From a virus: 64,000 nt of DNA. The translations under genes were made by a program, and so were the position numbers. Below the pieces are notes generated by a model. It was not told where the DNA came from and did no database searches. It saw nothing but the letters and a program-made list of their open reading frames with translations. The stretch lies in the IMG/VR virus record IMGVR_UViG_3300030419_008098, positions 32,745 through 96,744 of that record, one strand, 5' to 3'. Numbering within the stretch: the stretch's first letter is position 1; every line of letters begins with the position of its first letter. Positions 39,384 to 49,999 of the stretch are shown here, piece after piece.

Positions 39384-39408
39384 GTATAGATAGTGACTAA
39401 CCCCTTTT

Positions 39409-42003
39409 TTATTTAAGGGGTAAACAATCGTTATTGGCCAAATCCTTTATGGAAATGAATTTTATCCCCTTGTTCAGGAGATCTTGGTTATTTTCTTTGA
39501 TGACCTCAAAAAAGTTCCACGCCATAACGATAATAACGTCGGGGGGCTCTTTAGAAACCATATCCTTGGAATAAATGGGGATTTTGACGCCGGGGATATA
39601 TTTGTTATGTTTCAAAGGGTTATCTTCAATAATGTAAGAGATCTCCTCTGAAGTGATGCCGTAATAATTTAAAGCGGTGGTCGCTTTGGCCGGCGCTCCA
39701 TAACCCGCTAGGACGAGATTTTGGTTTTTTAGTTTTTTTAAGTTCAATAAAACATTCTCCTTACACCGTTTCACCCGTTCTGCAAAATCCCGGTAGGTGG
39801 AGTAATTCTTTATCCCAAACTTGTCTTCCTCTGATAAAAACTCTTCTACCGCAGCAGAAATCTCCCTCTCACCTCGTTTCACGTATAGACGGAGTGACCC
39901 CCCGTGAGTGTCAATATGCTCCACATTAATAATAGTAGAAGAAAGATTATTAAAAAAATTATTTAAAGAAGTTACCGTCCAGTAATTTACGTGCTCATGA
40001 TATATATTATCAAAGGTGAGATCTTTTATTGTATCAACAAGGTATTGAACTTCTATAATAAAAACCCCATCATCTTTTAAAACATCAAAAGCCGCACAGG
40101 CTATCTCCGTTAGATTATCTGCATGGGCAAAAACATTGGAAGCCGTTATGAGATCCGCGTGGCCGTACTGAGCTGTGATGCGTCCACTAAGGTCTTTTGT
40201 AAAATATTCATTAATGGTATTTACCCCGGCCTCATTAGCTATTTGAGCTACATTAGTAGCCGGCTCTATACCCAGAGTTCTTATCCCTTTCTTTTGTAAG
40301 GGTTTTAAGGCAATACCATCATTAGAACCAATGTCCACCACAAAGGAGTTGTGATTTAAAGTGAATTTTTTTATGTAGTATTCGGAGGCTCTTTCAAAAT
40401 GTTCCCTAAAGCTTTGAGTTGTAGAGGAAACATAGAGATAGTGATCGAACATTTTAGAAGAAGGAACCGAATAAGATAATTGACAATTGTGACTCTCGGG
40501 ACAATATACTAACTCCAGAGGGAATAACTCCTCGGGTTCTGAAGGGGAATCGAGTAGGTTGTTAGCTAAAGGAGAAAACCCTAAAGATAGAACAGGTTTA
40601 AGGTGTGCGCTTCCGCTCACACGACAAAAGCGGGAGTAATTAGCCAATAAAGAATCTTTTAAAACTTCATCGACAAGGGGGTACGCTAAGGTATGGGTGA
40701 CCCCATAATTATCATGCTCCCTCTCCCCTCTCACTAAATTTAAAAACACTGAATCTTCCAAAAAAATCATGGTGTGGGCCACATGAGGTTTGATGATAGC
40801 TATATCTCCGGGGTTGATTATTTGAGTATGTAAAGATGAACGGGGGTTGAGTAAGTCCTTTACAACGCTAATGTATCTCCCTTTTAACAAAAGGCATTTT
40901 TGTTCTTGGATGGGGTGAAAGTGATTAGCTCTTATCGTCCCTCTTTTAGACTCTATATATCCAATTAAATTAATTGGTTCTGTGAGCTCGTAGTTAGTGA
41001 TAAACCCTCGTTCATCTACGTAGGTATTGGCGCCTTGCTGAGTATACTCTAGGGCCGGAGGTATAGGGTGAGGGCTCCAGTTGGTAACCATCTCTTCAAT
41101 GCATCCCTGGATACTGTAAAGAAACTCAAAACCGGTCTTAAGTAGTTTCTTGTTAGAGATAGTGTAACCTAGATTAGGAATCTCATCTTCTGTTTCTGTT
41201 AGAGTAACGGAGGGAGCAAACTCCTGGCACATTAAGGCTACCTCCTTTACTGTCATAGATTCCAGTGCACAATGAAAAATCTCTTGTCTAATTTCATCAT
41301 GTTGCTCCATAAATTGAAAACATCTCGCAACATCAATAAGAGGAACTAAACTTTTTAACTGCACCCCGCCTGAAAAAAGCTTTATTTGCCCTCCTTGCGA
41401 TGCAATTTTAGCAAAAAGGTTGGGCATTATATTAATCCGCATATTATCTCCTGAATAGCCGCACACGGAAGCCAATCGTACTATTACATAGTTTTTGCCC
41501 GAGTTCTTTAAATCTTCTTCAGACTGAACCTTACCAGCACTATAGGTTAAGACAGGAGTAGGCTGGATCTCCTCGGAGATATTCTCCATAGTGTCCTCAA
41601 ACCCCTCATAAACAACATGGGTGGATGGAAAAATAATCTTACAATCCGCTGAAGTAAGCTCTATTATATTCCTGGTTCCATCAACTCCCGTTTCTCGAAT
41701 AGAGGAATCTAGTTCTTCATTGGATTCGGTGGCGGTATAAGCCACATCGGTAACCCCCGCCAAATGTATGACTACATCGGCATTTTGGAGGGGACCTCTT
41801 ATTGTGGATACATCTAAAATTCCCGCCTGGATATATTTAAAACCCCACTTCCTGAGTTGCGTAACTAAGGCAGAGGAAAACCTGCGGTCTATAACTGTTA
41901 TATCGTACTTCCACGAAAGACCTGAATACAACTTGCACAGTTCAGATCCTATATACCCCAATCCTCCGGTTATTACTATTTTCTTTTTAGGTTTTAAATT
42001 CAT
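39409..42003 (-). CDS. Three-domain NDP-sugar enzyme: SDR epimerase/reductase + cupin + sugar C-methyltransferase
   Basis: TGGLGYIGS/YSAGK; DERG..RANHFH..HTM; LGFSPLAN, DIGSNDG, ASNVFAH, FDNIYHEH, HGGSLR, YGAPAK. Confidence 0.88.
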   Translation of the reverse strand: MNLKPKKKIVITGGLGYIGSELCKLYSGLSWKYDITVIDRRFSSALVTQLRKWGFKYIQAGILDVSTIRGPLQNADVVIHLAGVTDVAYTATESNEELDSSIRETGVDGTRNIIELTSADCKIIFPSTHVVYEGFEDTMENISEEIQPTPVLTYSAGKVQSEEDLKNSGKNYVIVRLASVCGYSGDNMRINIMPNLFAKIASQGGQIKLFSGGVQLKSLVPLIDVARCFQFMEQHDEIRQEIFHCALESMTVKEVALMCQEFAPSVTLTETEDEIPNLGYTISNKKLLKTGFEFLYSIQGCIEEMVTNWSPHPIPPALEYTQQGANTYVDERGFITNYELTEPINLIGYIESKRGTIRANHFHPIQEQKCLLLKGRYISVVKDLLNPRSSLHTQIINPGDIAIIKPHVAHTMIFLEDSVFLNLVRGEREHDNYGVTHTLAYPLVDEVLKDSLLANYSRFCRVSGSAHLKPVLSLGFSPLANNLLDSPSEPEELFPLELVYCPESHNCQLSYSVPSSKMFDHYLYVSSTTQSFREHFERASEYYIKKFTLNHNSFVVDIGSNDGIALKPLQKKGIRTLGIEPATNVAQIANEAGVNTINEYFTKDLSGRITAQYGHADLITASNVFAHADNLTEIACAAFDVLKDDGVFIIEVQYLVDTIKDLTFDNIYHEHVNYWTVTSLNNFFNNLSSTIINVEHIDTHGGSLRLYVKRGEREISAAVEEFLSEEDKFGIKNYSTYRDFAERVKRCKENVLLNLKKLKNQNLVLAGYGAPAKATTALNYYGITSEEISYIIEDNPLKHNKYIPGVKIPIYSKDMVSKEPPDVIIVMAWNFFEVIKENNQDLLNKGIKFISIKDLANNDCLPLK

Positions 42004-42839
42004 GATGTAAGTTCAGGGCCGCTAAAATAATCAAAACGTTCCGGATCACCGTACTCGGCTACCTTATGGTCTCCGGGGAAAATAATAGACCCATGGGTTT
42101 TATATAAACCAATGATTTGAGAGAAGCCCGAAATACTGGCTATGCATATATCGCTCTCAATGCAGTTTTGTAATTGCGTTAAAGTTCTTTCTGCATTCTT
42201 TTTGCTTGGGAAATAATTAAAACGATTTTTATATTTAGAAAAAAGCCGGTTTATATTCACCTTCTCTCCCTTGTCGTTGATATAGCCATCAGCCCAATCC
42301 CCATCGGAATAAATATTAATGAAGAAATCTTTTAAGTTTTGTTTTTGAATTATGTAATCCAGTACTCTTAAATAATACTCATCAGGGCGCAATCTAGTTT
42401 TAAAGGCACTCCCCTCATAATGAGGCTCCATCGCTACATCTCCGCGCCGAATCGTTACAGTGATATTAGTTACTTGCGGTTTTAAATGATTTTCAAGGAT
42501 CAACCTGCGATATTTATAATGATCCATAAAGTAATTTCTTGTCTTTTCAAAAGATTCCAAAGTGGGTTTTCCCCCTTTTAATTGGTTATAGGAATGTTCA
42601 TCGCATAAAGAGGGAAAATTAGAACGTGCATGATTGCGTGCAGTAGAAAAGTCGTTCAAGCCCAAAAAGTTTTCCACCATCCCATTGTTGCCCAAACCAT
42701 GGCCCAAGGACATTAAGGGAGGTAAAAAAACAAGATTCTGGGATAAGGCAATATTAAGGCCGTAATTATAAGAAACCAAGGTATGCCCTAGGCCCGCGCC
42801 GCGTATTATATTGTCATAGATTAGATACTTGGTATTCAT
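42000..42839 (-). CDS. Fucosyltransferase-like (GT11/GT23 clan)
   Basis: GLGH, IRRGD, YSD, SGFS. Confidence 0.65.
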   Translation of the reverse strand: MNTKYLIYDNIIRGAGLGHTLVSYNYGLNIALSQNLVFLPPLMSLGHGLGNNGMVENFLGLNDFSTARNHARSNFPSLCDEHSYNQLKGGKPTLESFEKTRNYFMDHYKYRRLILENHLKPQVTNITVTIRRGDVAMEPHYEGSAFKTRLRPDEYYLRVLDYIIQKQNLKDFFINIYSDGDWADGYINDKGEKVNINRLFSKYKNRFNYFPSKKNAERTLTQLQNCIESDICIASISGFSQIIGLYKTHGSIIFPGDHKVAEYGDPERFDYFSGPELTS

Positions 42840-43578
42840 TTTTTTTCACAAAATACTCGTATACCTTAATATCCTTCTCATAAAGAGGGAGCAGGGCTTC
42901 CCAATATTTTTCCTTCAGTTTTTGCTTCTCGTCTTCTGGGGAAGTATTAAAAGCCTCCTGATACGCCTCCTCGGAGCTCCCACCGTAGCGCTTGTTATCT
43001 ATCTTGATCCCCCATTTATCACGGAGGATAGATAGCCCAGTTGTAAGGTCCTCCTGCACCATCACCAAGTCCATTCCCTTAAGTAACTCCAAATAATTCG
43101 AATAGCCGCCGGGGTTACACGAAGATAATTCATATACTTTCGAGGGGAATTTATTCTTTTTTAAAAAATATATAATTTTTGATTCAATGTCTAGTTCGTC
43201 GAAACTATTCTTAAAACTGTCCGTGTCGTGCCCCCGACTTAAGTAGACTGCATGCGAAAAATATAACGCAGAAAATAGACGATCAATTGGATGCCTAATA
43301 CACGAAAGATAGAGCCAGTTAGATGAAGCATAGGGGGGCGGGAGCGGTAAATTTAACTTATCAGGGTAAACCATACCCCTAAAAACAAGTAAATTGTACC
43401 AAAACGCTTCTCGCTTTAATTGCTGAGTAGACCCATCTACACCACTATTATATTGGGCTTCAGCGTAGCCTAAAATCTCGTGTCTATCTTTTAAATTCTT
43501 CCGGAAGAACGAAGACGCGCATTTTGGAAACCGAACCAGAAAAATATTATCATAACATTTCACTATCCTTTCACTCAT
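42814..43578 (-). CDS. Sulfotransferase (Sulfotransfer_2-like)
   Basis: 5'-PSB PKCASS; 3'-PB RHPIDRLFS. Confidence 0.75.
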   Translation of the reverse strand: MSERIVKCYDNIFLVRFPKCASSFFRKNLKDRHEILGYAEAQYNSGVDGSTQQLKREAFWYNLLVFRGMVYPDKLNLPLPPPYASSNWLYLSCIRHPIDRLFSALYFSHAVYLSRGHDTDSFKNSFDELDIESKIIYFLKKNKFPSKVYELSSCNPGGYSNYLELLKGMDLVMVQEDLTTGLSILRDKWGIKIDNKRYGGSSEEAYQEAFNTSPEDEKQKLKEKYWEALLPLYEKDIKVYEYFVKKNEYQVSNL

Positions 43579-44620
43579 TTAAAATATCCTTTAAAAAATT
43601 TAGATCTATTTTTATATTAAAATCTTCATCCGCCTTAGTTTCTATCCATTTATACTCGAGCCCCAAAGTTTTTCCAATTTTTGTAAAATTGAGACAAGCT
43701 CTATTCTTAGGGCAGAACTCAAAAACCTTGGGGTTATAATCAGAAAAAATAATATTACGAAAGAGAGAACCATGCGCCCCTATTATAATACTTGCCTTAT
43801 TGAAGAGATTTATATGTTTTTCGATGCCCTCATTCCCTTCAACTACCGTGAAGCCTTGCGACCTTAAATAATTTATAACCTCCGCATTGTTCAATACTCT
43901 CCGCTGCGAAATCCCCGCGACTTTTTCAGGACGAGATAAGTAGAGTTTAGTTGTATTATCTGATTCATTAAGTAATGCATTGTATTTACTCCGCAAGTAT
44001 TTTAATCCATTAATAGAAATCTGACTAGGAGATGCCGTAGGGGAAGGATAATACAACGAAGGAACCTTATAAAGAGTTTGCCCACCCAATGGGAAACTTA
44101 AAGAAAGCCGATCTTTTTCAGGGTAACCAAAGAGAGACAAATGAAAGTCTACATCCGTCACATGAGTCGATAGTGGGGGCGTTATAAGTTTTGTATTCTT
44201 TAAGTGGAGAGATTCTATTTTTTGTAAATCCTGTAACGTATCCCAAAAATGACCAAAAACATAAATGTTAAAATAATGATGTCCATAAACGTAAGAAAAA
44301 CTATCGTCCAACTCAATCACTTCCTTAAAATGCGCCTTCTTCGCAAATTCCGGAGCCAGAGCGTCGCAGGGATTATAAGGGGGGATTGGATTTTTCGGCC
44401 CCCCCCACCCCTTAGCAGCACGATCATGCCAAAAAAGATAATTAAAATTAGCTTCTAAAATTAAATTGAAATCACTATCATATATAGTTCCCTTTTCCCC
44501 AAGATAACAATCTTCCAGATGCAATACATACTGAGGCCAGCTTTCGCTATACTCCTCTGGAGCAAGGGGGCCAAAAAAGTCCCCTTTCTGTATGGGGTAA
44601 TCGATGCGCTCTATTGACAT
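43571..44620 (-). CDS. Glycosyltransferase GT61/DUF563
   Basis: FGHF, LYLSR..RRVLN, IIGAHGS. Confidence 0.85.
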   Translation of the reverse strand: MSIERIDYPIQKGDFFGPLAPEEYSESWPQYVLHLEDCYLGEKGTIYDSDFNLILEANFNYLFWHDRAAKGWGGPKNPIPPYNPCDALAPEFAKKAHFKEVIELDDSFSYVYGHHYFNIYVFGHFWDTLQDLQKIESLHLKNTKLITPPLSTHVTDVDFHLSLFGYPEKDRLSLSFPLGGQTLYKVPSLYYPSPTASPSQISINGLKYLRSKYNALLNESDNTTKLYLSRPEKVAGISQRRVLNNAEVINYLRSQGFTVVEGNEGIEKHINLFNKASIIIGAHGSLFRNIIFSDYNPKVFEFCPKNRACLNFTKIGKTLGLEYKWIETKADEDFNIKIDLNFLKDILNE

Positions 44621-45483
44621 GGGCGATCAATAATTCTAAAATCTTTCAACAGGCCCCTATCCTCCGTGGAGAGTTCCTCTTTTAAAATGGCACATACTAC
44701 TAAATTGTACGGCCTCTGGTTGCTATCTCCTAATTTATCTAGATTGGCGCAGCGCTGAAGATATGATTCATAACGCAAGGGGGATGAGACATCACTTTTA
44801 TCATCATAAAGATCTCCCGTTGGATCATTAAAGCCTCGCACAATCACATGGGGATAGAATAAGGCCCACGCAGCTTTACAGACCTCTCTCACGTTAAGAT
44901 CATATTTATAATTTCCCACCACTTCATAGTTGTCGCATGGATCAACCTCGTCCACAAGAAAACTATCTTCCACAAATTGCCAGACACCATGAGAATAATA
45001 ACGAGTCTCATGAGGCTCAATCAAAACTATTCCAAATCGAGCATGGTCTAGCATTTCATATAGGCCTTTAAGGGGCCTGTGAAAATGATGAAAGGCTTCT
45101 TTACAGAGAATAAAGTCCGCGTCTATTTCTTCCATTTTTTCTGCATTTAATTCCCTGCAATCATCCACGTGCTCCTTGATTAATTGTTTTTTTTCTGGAG
45201 AAATACGTAGACCCGAACAGGTTACATGAGGGACGCCCTGTTTTTTTAAAAAAATAGCTTCTCTAGCTAGAGCATCACCTATGGTAAGCCACCGCGAGGC
45301 TCTCCCGGCGAAAAGACCCAAAATAGGGGTCATGAAATTCAACATGCGATAGTGTCGATTAGTGTCGATATGCTCTCCTGAGTCGTCGTGATGAGAAAGA
45401 GTAAAATGGCTATAATCTCTCTCGCTATAAGCCTCCCCTTTAGGTCGGTAAATTTCGTCCAGCGTTTTGGTTTCTTTATTCAT
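44611..45483 (-). CDS. Class I SAM-dependent methyltransferase
   Basis: WLTIGD, NAEKM, DFILCKEAFHHF, VLIEP. Confidence 0.7.
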   Translation of the reverse strand: MNKETKTLDEIYRPKGEAYSERDYSHFTLSHHDDSGEHIDTNRHYRMLNFMTPILGLFAGRASRWLTIGDALAREAIFLKKQGVPHVTCSGLRISPEKKQLIKEHVDDCRELNAEKMEEIDADFILCKEAFHHFHRPLKGLYEMLDHARFGIVLIEPHETRYYSHGVWQFVEDSFLVDEVDPCDNYEVVGNYKYDLNVREVCKAAWALFYPHVIVRGFNDPTGDLYDDKSDVSSPLRYESYLQRCANLDKLGDSNQRPYNLVVCAILKEELSTEDRGLLKDFRIIDRPCQ

Positions 45484-46103
45484 TCTTCGAATTTATAGTT
45501 AAAATATTTAATATCAATGTCATATATACGCCCTACTATATCTCGCGTTTCCTGATCGTAGAACTTTTGATAGGGAATCTTTTTGCGAACCTCTTTAGAG
45601 TGATATTTAACAGGCAATTCTGTATCCTTAATCCCAAAGTGGTTGCACACTAAGGTAAAATCTTCTTGAAGTTTTTCAAATCTCATAATATGGTTTATGT
45701 TTTTTTCCACATAATCTACAATATCTTGATATTCTACACAGTTCGGCTCTGAAAGATACCATAATTGAGGGCGCAGCGGAAACCCTAAAGGTTGTCCATA
45801 TTTAACAAATTCCTTAAATTCCTTCTGATACCCACGCCCACGTAACTCAGGATGACCATCAGGTAGGGTGTTTCCCCACCACTTTTTGTCTATAGCCCAC
45901 TGAGAGAGAACTTTGTCCCACGGATTGCGCACTGTAGTGAATTTAAAATAAGTTTTCCATTCCTCTGGAAAACCTTCCTTCCATTGCAGAGGAAACCAGT
46001 GTTTGTGAGCCGTTTCGGTTTCTTTGGTGAAAAAATATTCTACGCTAGTTCCGCCAGTACGGTTACAATGAATGAAAATAAATTTATGTGCGTGGTTAAT
46101 CAT
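45480..46103 (-). CDS. Sulfotransferase (Sulfotransfer_2)
   Basis: FIFIHCNRTGGTS, FTTVRNPWDKVLS, RFEKLQEDF, DIKYFNY. Confidence 0.88.
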   Translation of the reverse strand: MINHAHKFIFIHCNRTGGTSVEYFFTKETETAHKHWFPLQWKEGFPEEWKTYFKFTTVRNPWDKVLSQWAIDKKWWGNTLPDGHPELRGRGYQKEFKEFVKYGQPLGFPLRPQLWYLSEPNCVEYQDIVDYVEKNINHIMRFEKLQEDFTLVCNHFGIKDTELPVKYHSKEVRKKIPYQKFYDQETRDIVGRIYDIDIKYFNYKFEE

Positions 46104-46152
46104 TTTTTATTAATAAGGTTTGGTTGCCAATCCATAAGTCTGTTTCATCGTA

Positions 46153-47100
46153 TTAGATATATTTGATTATCTCCTCAACGCTAATGTCATTAACATTTTT
46201 TACTATATGCTTTACATTGAAATCATCTTCCACCTCCACGCCTAGTAGTTTATAATTATCGTTATAAACCATTTCCTTTAAGAAACAATCCCTTAACATC
46301 CGAGAAGGGGAGATGTAATCGAGTTCACAGCATAAGATAATAGCCGGAACTCTACTGCACAGAGCCACATACTTAGAAAAACTATCAGGACTGATTAATA
46401 AATCCATTTGAGATATCAAAGATATAGACTCACTTAAAGATGAGCCGGCGGTATTAAATACCCGAGACTTTTCATCCATAAAAAAATCTTCAATTTTACG
46501 GTGGTTAGAGGGGGCATCAATTAAATAAATATTAGTGTGTTGGTATTTTTTTAAAATTGCATTTATTAGCCTTTTCCACGTAGACCACTTTAATTTCTTA
46601 ACGCCTTCATTGGAGTCTAGCTGAATCGCAATATTCCTGTCTTTAGGGGAAACAACAAAGCGGCTCTTAATGGAGCTATCCAGGGGAAGGAAAGGGGTCA
46701 AAAAGCGGTCCACCTCCACCCCATAAGTATCGAAAAACTCATTTACAGTTTGATGGTTTAATGCATTAAATGTTGGGATATCGACAGGTATAATAAAATC
46801 AGAGGGATGGAAAATGTGTTTATGAATTATATCCCCCCAAGGTGAGGTCGTTTCGCGTAAGGACTTAAGCTTCTGGCGATCAATCGCCGCCTCTTCGCGA
46901 TCAGAATTAACCCCCCAACCTTCATAGGTCATAAAAACTTGCGTCCCATATTCTTTATATAAACTAGGGAGGGGGAAATTGCAGCTTATATGCTTAAGAC
47001 AATCTCCAATACCCCCGCGAAGGCTTGTTTTGAGATAACGCGGGATCTCAAATTCCGGCCTCGGCGTTATGGGACCCGCTGTATTTGGGAACCTATTCAT
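46153..47100 (-). CDS. GT9-like glycosyltransferase
   Basis: GGIGD, DLLISPDS..ALCSRVP. Confidence 0.7.
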   Translation of the reverse strand: MNRFPNTAGPITPRPEFEIPRYLKTSLRGGIGDCLKHISCNFPLPSLYKEYGTQVFMTYEGWGVNSDREEAAIDRQKLKSLRETTSPWGDIIHKHIFHPSDFIIPVDIPTFNALNHQTVNEFFDTYGVEVDRFLTPFLPLDSSIKSRFVVSPKDRNIAIQLDSNEGVKKLKWSTWKRLINAILKKYQHTNIYLIDAPSNHRKIEDFFMDEKSRVFNTAGSSLSESISLISQMDLLISPDSFSKYVALCSRVPAIILCCELDYISPSRMLRDCFLKEMVYNDNYKLLGVEVEDDFNVKHIVKNVNDISVEEIIKYI

Positions 47101-48067
47101 AATACTCCCTTATGTTTCTTACATAATTATCTCCACTACTAAGCCGGTAAGCCTCTAAGCCTTTTTCTCTCATGGCATTTTCTTCCTCTCGGCTTATATT
47201 ACTTAATACATCACGTAAGGTATTATAATCTTTTTCGCGTATTTTTATACAACAGTTTTCCCATTTAACACCTTTTATAGTGGGAAACATCATATTATCG
47301 GACAACACCACAGGAATCGCACCCGAACCCAACGCCTCCAAAAAACGAATTATAGCGGGCCCCGTACCGCTGGGACAGAGTGCAAAACGAGAGCGAGACA
47401 GAGTGTTTTTATAAAACTCCGCCTTCTGCCGGTTGACATAACGCTGAAAACCTGAAACATTTTGACCTAAAATTTGCTCTTGATAGACATCAATATCAAA
47501 CTGCCACCCACCTCGACTCACACAAACACAATTGGCCGGATGTTTATCTTCCATAATATCAGCCCGCACCGGGGAAATATGTTTCTCTCCATAAGATCCT
47601 ATATAAGAATACCAGACATCTTTGGTTTTTATATTTTCCCCCACATTTACCGGCCACAAGAATATGGTTTCAATTCTTATGCCATCTATATAAAAGGGAT
47701 AGGAATTATTACCTTTAAATTCGTAGTCTCTGGTCGTCACGCCTCTCCCATTTACCATATGAGAGGCAAACAGTGTTTTAACTCCCATTTTTTTCAATGT
47801 GGGAAGAATTAAATGAAAGCGATCATGTTGACAAACCGTGAAGGCTGTTTCGAGGGATTCCTGCTCTAATTCCCTTAGTCTTTTTCCGGCACGTTCCTTT
47901 ACAGCATCGGTTCCGTGATCCATTTGATCAATCAGGGTGGCCCAGGGAACCGATAAAAAGGCAACCCCCGTATCCCTTAATGGCTCTTCTTTGAATAACT
48001 CAAAGGCTTTTTTTTCCGTAAGGACCGGCTCTTGCCAGTTCGCTATATTTTTATAGATTAGATTCAT
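47093..48067 (-). CDS. Exostosin-family glycosyltransferase (GT47)
   Basis: SRFALCPSGTGPAIIRFLEALGSGAIPVVLSD. Confidence 0.88.
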   Translation of the reverse strand: MNLIYKNIANWQEPVLTEKKAFELFKEEPLRDTGVAFLSVPWATLIDQMDHGTDAVKERAGKRLRELEQESLETAFTVCQHDRFHLILPTLKKMGVKTLFASHMVNGRGVTTRDYEFKGNNSYPFYIDGIRIETIFLWPVNVGENIKTKDVWYSYIGSYGEKHISPVRADIMEDKHPANCVCVSRGGWQFDIDVYQEQILGQNVSGFQRYVNRQKAEFYKNTLSRSRFALCPSGTGPAIIRFLEALGSGAIPVVLSDNMMFPTIKGVKWENCCIKIREKDYNTLRDVLSNISREEENAMREKGLEAYRLSSGDNYVRNIREYYE

Positions 48068-48542
48068 CGGACAACATCACTTCCGATATATAAAATGAAG
48101 CTTCGTTATAACCTACTATTTTAAGGAGCCTCGCTTTATCCTCAGTAAAACCTTCCTGCTGAAATTTATGCAACGGAATAGACAAGGCACACTCCTCTCC
48201 TTCGGTGGAACCGGGAATCTTAAAAACCTCCACTTCCGCAGAGTCATTTTCGTCCTCATCCTTAAAACCTATTCTACAGCACAAATGGTCTTCTGAATAA
48301 AAATTAAAATTAAGAAAAAGATAATCGTCCAAACTTAAAACTTCCCACGCAGAATTAAAAGGAAGAACCCCGCAGAACCAGTCTTCTCTAGAGGCCGGAT
48401 CTTGAGTAAATTTCAACCGAGGCACCCCATTAGCTACCTCCAAAGGAAGCTTTTCGTTAAAGGATCCAGCCACCCCCTCGCACCAACTATTTTTTAGATG
48501 GTTAGCTAAACAAAATTTAGGATTAAATATATTAAGTTTCAT
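48051..48542 (-). CDS. Hypothetical protein, possible carbohydrate-binding beta-sandwich
   Basis: Aromatic, acidic, beta-rich; SIPLHKF..FYISEV resembles CBM11/CIA30-type C-termini; start set at MKLN. Confidence 0.35.
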   Translation of the reverse strand: MKLNIFNPKFCLANHLKNSWCEGVAGSFNEKLPLEVANGVPRLKFTQDPASREDWFCGVLPFNSAWEVLSLDDYLFLNFNFYSEDHLCCRIGFKDEDENDSAEVEVFKIPGSTEGEECALSIPLHKFQQEGFTEDKARLLKIVGYNEASFYISEVMLSDESNL

Positions 48543-49965
48543 AATTATGAAGTAATTCCAATAAACCATTATCGTTAATGAAAGAAATCTTTCTTATATC
48601 ACCGCTCACAATATTAATATTTTGTTCATAAAAATCTAGTTCATTTTGCCGTGCCTCCGAACTTTTGAGCGCTACCACATTTTTTTGTTTACAAATCTTA
48701 TTATTTTGAAGCTCCAGCTGGATCGATTTCAAGTGGTTTATATTAATGCTCTCTATCCCTTCTTGAAGAATAATAATGTTTTTGAAATTACTAAAGTAAT
48801 GCAGTAAACAGTTAATTATAGCATTTGTTTGGTTTAATTTTTTGGTATATTCATTGGTGTTAAAAATGGGAAAATATTTTGTTTTGTTAATGTAAGGAGT
48901 TAAAGGAGAATTACCTTCAGTAAATTCACAAAAAACTGTTTCAAAACGATTAGCGAAGAGCCCCAGTTGCTTAATAAGTTGACCCCATTTATCATTATCT
49001 TCGTTGCTTAAACTGGATTTGAAGAGAATAACTACAGTTTGAGCTTTTACTGAAATTAAGGCGTCTTCCATAAGCCCGTAATTCAACGCATCCTCATAAA
49101 GGGTTTTGTTATGGTCGCCGGCTTTACTGAGATTAGCGTCATCCCACTGCTGCTCGTGTTTTATGTGATATAAGTCATGTGTGTTTTGGGTAACCTCATA
49201 TCTTTTATTAAGTATCCCCGAATATACTGTGTCCCAATGAGGCTCTCCAATTACACAATCGGGCAAAATTTCCCGACTCTCCAAATAAACCGACTTTCTT
49301 ATGCAGAAAGCATCCACTCCTATTTCATAAACACTAAAAGGAGCGGTCCAGGTTTCTTCCAGCCCATCAGGAGTATCAATATCCTTCCGCAGGAATTCGG
49401 TTACATCTGCATTTTCTTGAAGCAGCTTCTGGTAAGTATCGGGGGCGATAGCACAATCTAGGTTAGAATAAAAAATTAAATCATCAGCGCCGATACTCTT
49501 GGCCGCCTCATCCAACAAATCTTTTAAAAAGGCAAAATCCTTAGGGGATTTAAAAACGGAGGCGGCGCTCCTTTTGAGACGAACAGGCTGCCAGTTGGGT
49601 AATTTTATTCCCCCCGTCGATGCCCCTAATCGCTTCACCCCTTCAGCTTTCGCGCTTCCCATTGAATCCAAAGCCCACATGATTCTGTTGCTTAGACTCT
49701 TGTTTTTAAGCCTACTGGGATCAACCAAATTTACTACATGAACCAGGTTTTTAGCCCGGGTGTTTGCCGTTTTTTTCTTCCGAGCCGATATAGGCTCAAA
49801 AGATAGGCGGTTGTCTTCTTTAAAAAGCGTCTTCCAAATAAATCTATGGGAAGGGTTTTTGGAATACTTTAAATAATAAGAGTCACGCCGCAGGGCATCC
49901 AGCTTTGTGTCTAATTTTTTATTTAAATTTTCCAGGAATGTATTTATTTTATTCAAGAGCGACAC
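48532..49965 (-). CDS. Glycosyltransferase-like (GT-A; related to 27084-27875) with extensions
   Basis: YSNLDC, GVDAFC, GEPHWD, YHIKH. Confidence 0.55.
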   Translation of the reverse strand: MSLLNKINTFLENLNKKLDTKLDALRRDSYYLKYSKNPSHRFIWKTLFKEDNRLSFEPISARKKKTANTRAKNLVHVVNLVDPSRLKNKSLSNRIMWALDSMGSAKAEGVKRLGASTGGIKLPNWQPVRLKRSAASVFKSPKDFAFLKDLLDEAAKSIGADDLIFYSNLDCAIAPDTYQKLLQENADVTEFLRKDIDTPDGLEETWTAPFSVYEIGVDAFCIRKSVYLESREILPDCVIGEPHWDTVYSGILNKRYEVTQNTHDLYHIKHEQQWDDANLSKAGDHNKTLYEDALNYGLMEDALISVKAQTVVILFKSSLSNEDNDKWGQLIKQLGLFANRFETVFCEFTEGNSPLTPYINKTKYFPIFNTNEYTKKLNQTNAIINCLLHYFSNFKNIIILQEGIESININHLKSIQLELQNNKICKQKNVVALKSSEARQNELDFYEQNINIVSGDIRKISFINDNGLLELLHNYET

Positions 49966-49999
49966 TTTAATTATAAAAGCATCCCTTAAAAAATCTACC

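Noticed and set aside
17379-49965. Bacterial O-antigen or capsule locus
   Set aside because: No flippase, polymerase, ABC exporter or initiating phosphoglycosyltransferase was recognised, and the genes are interleaved with phage sigma, dNMP kinase and virion genes
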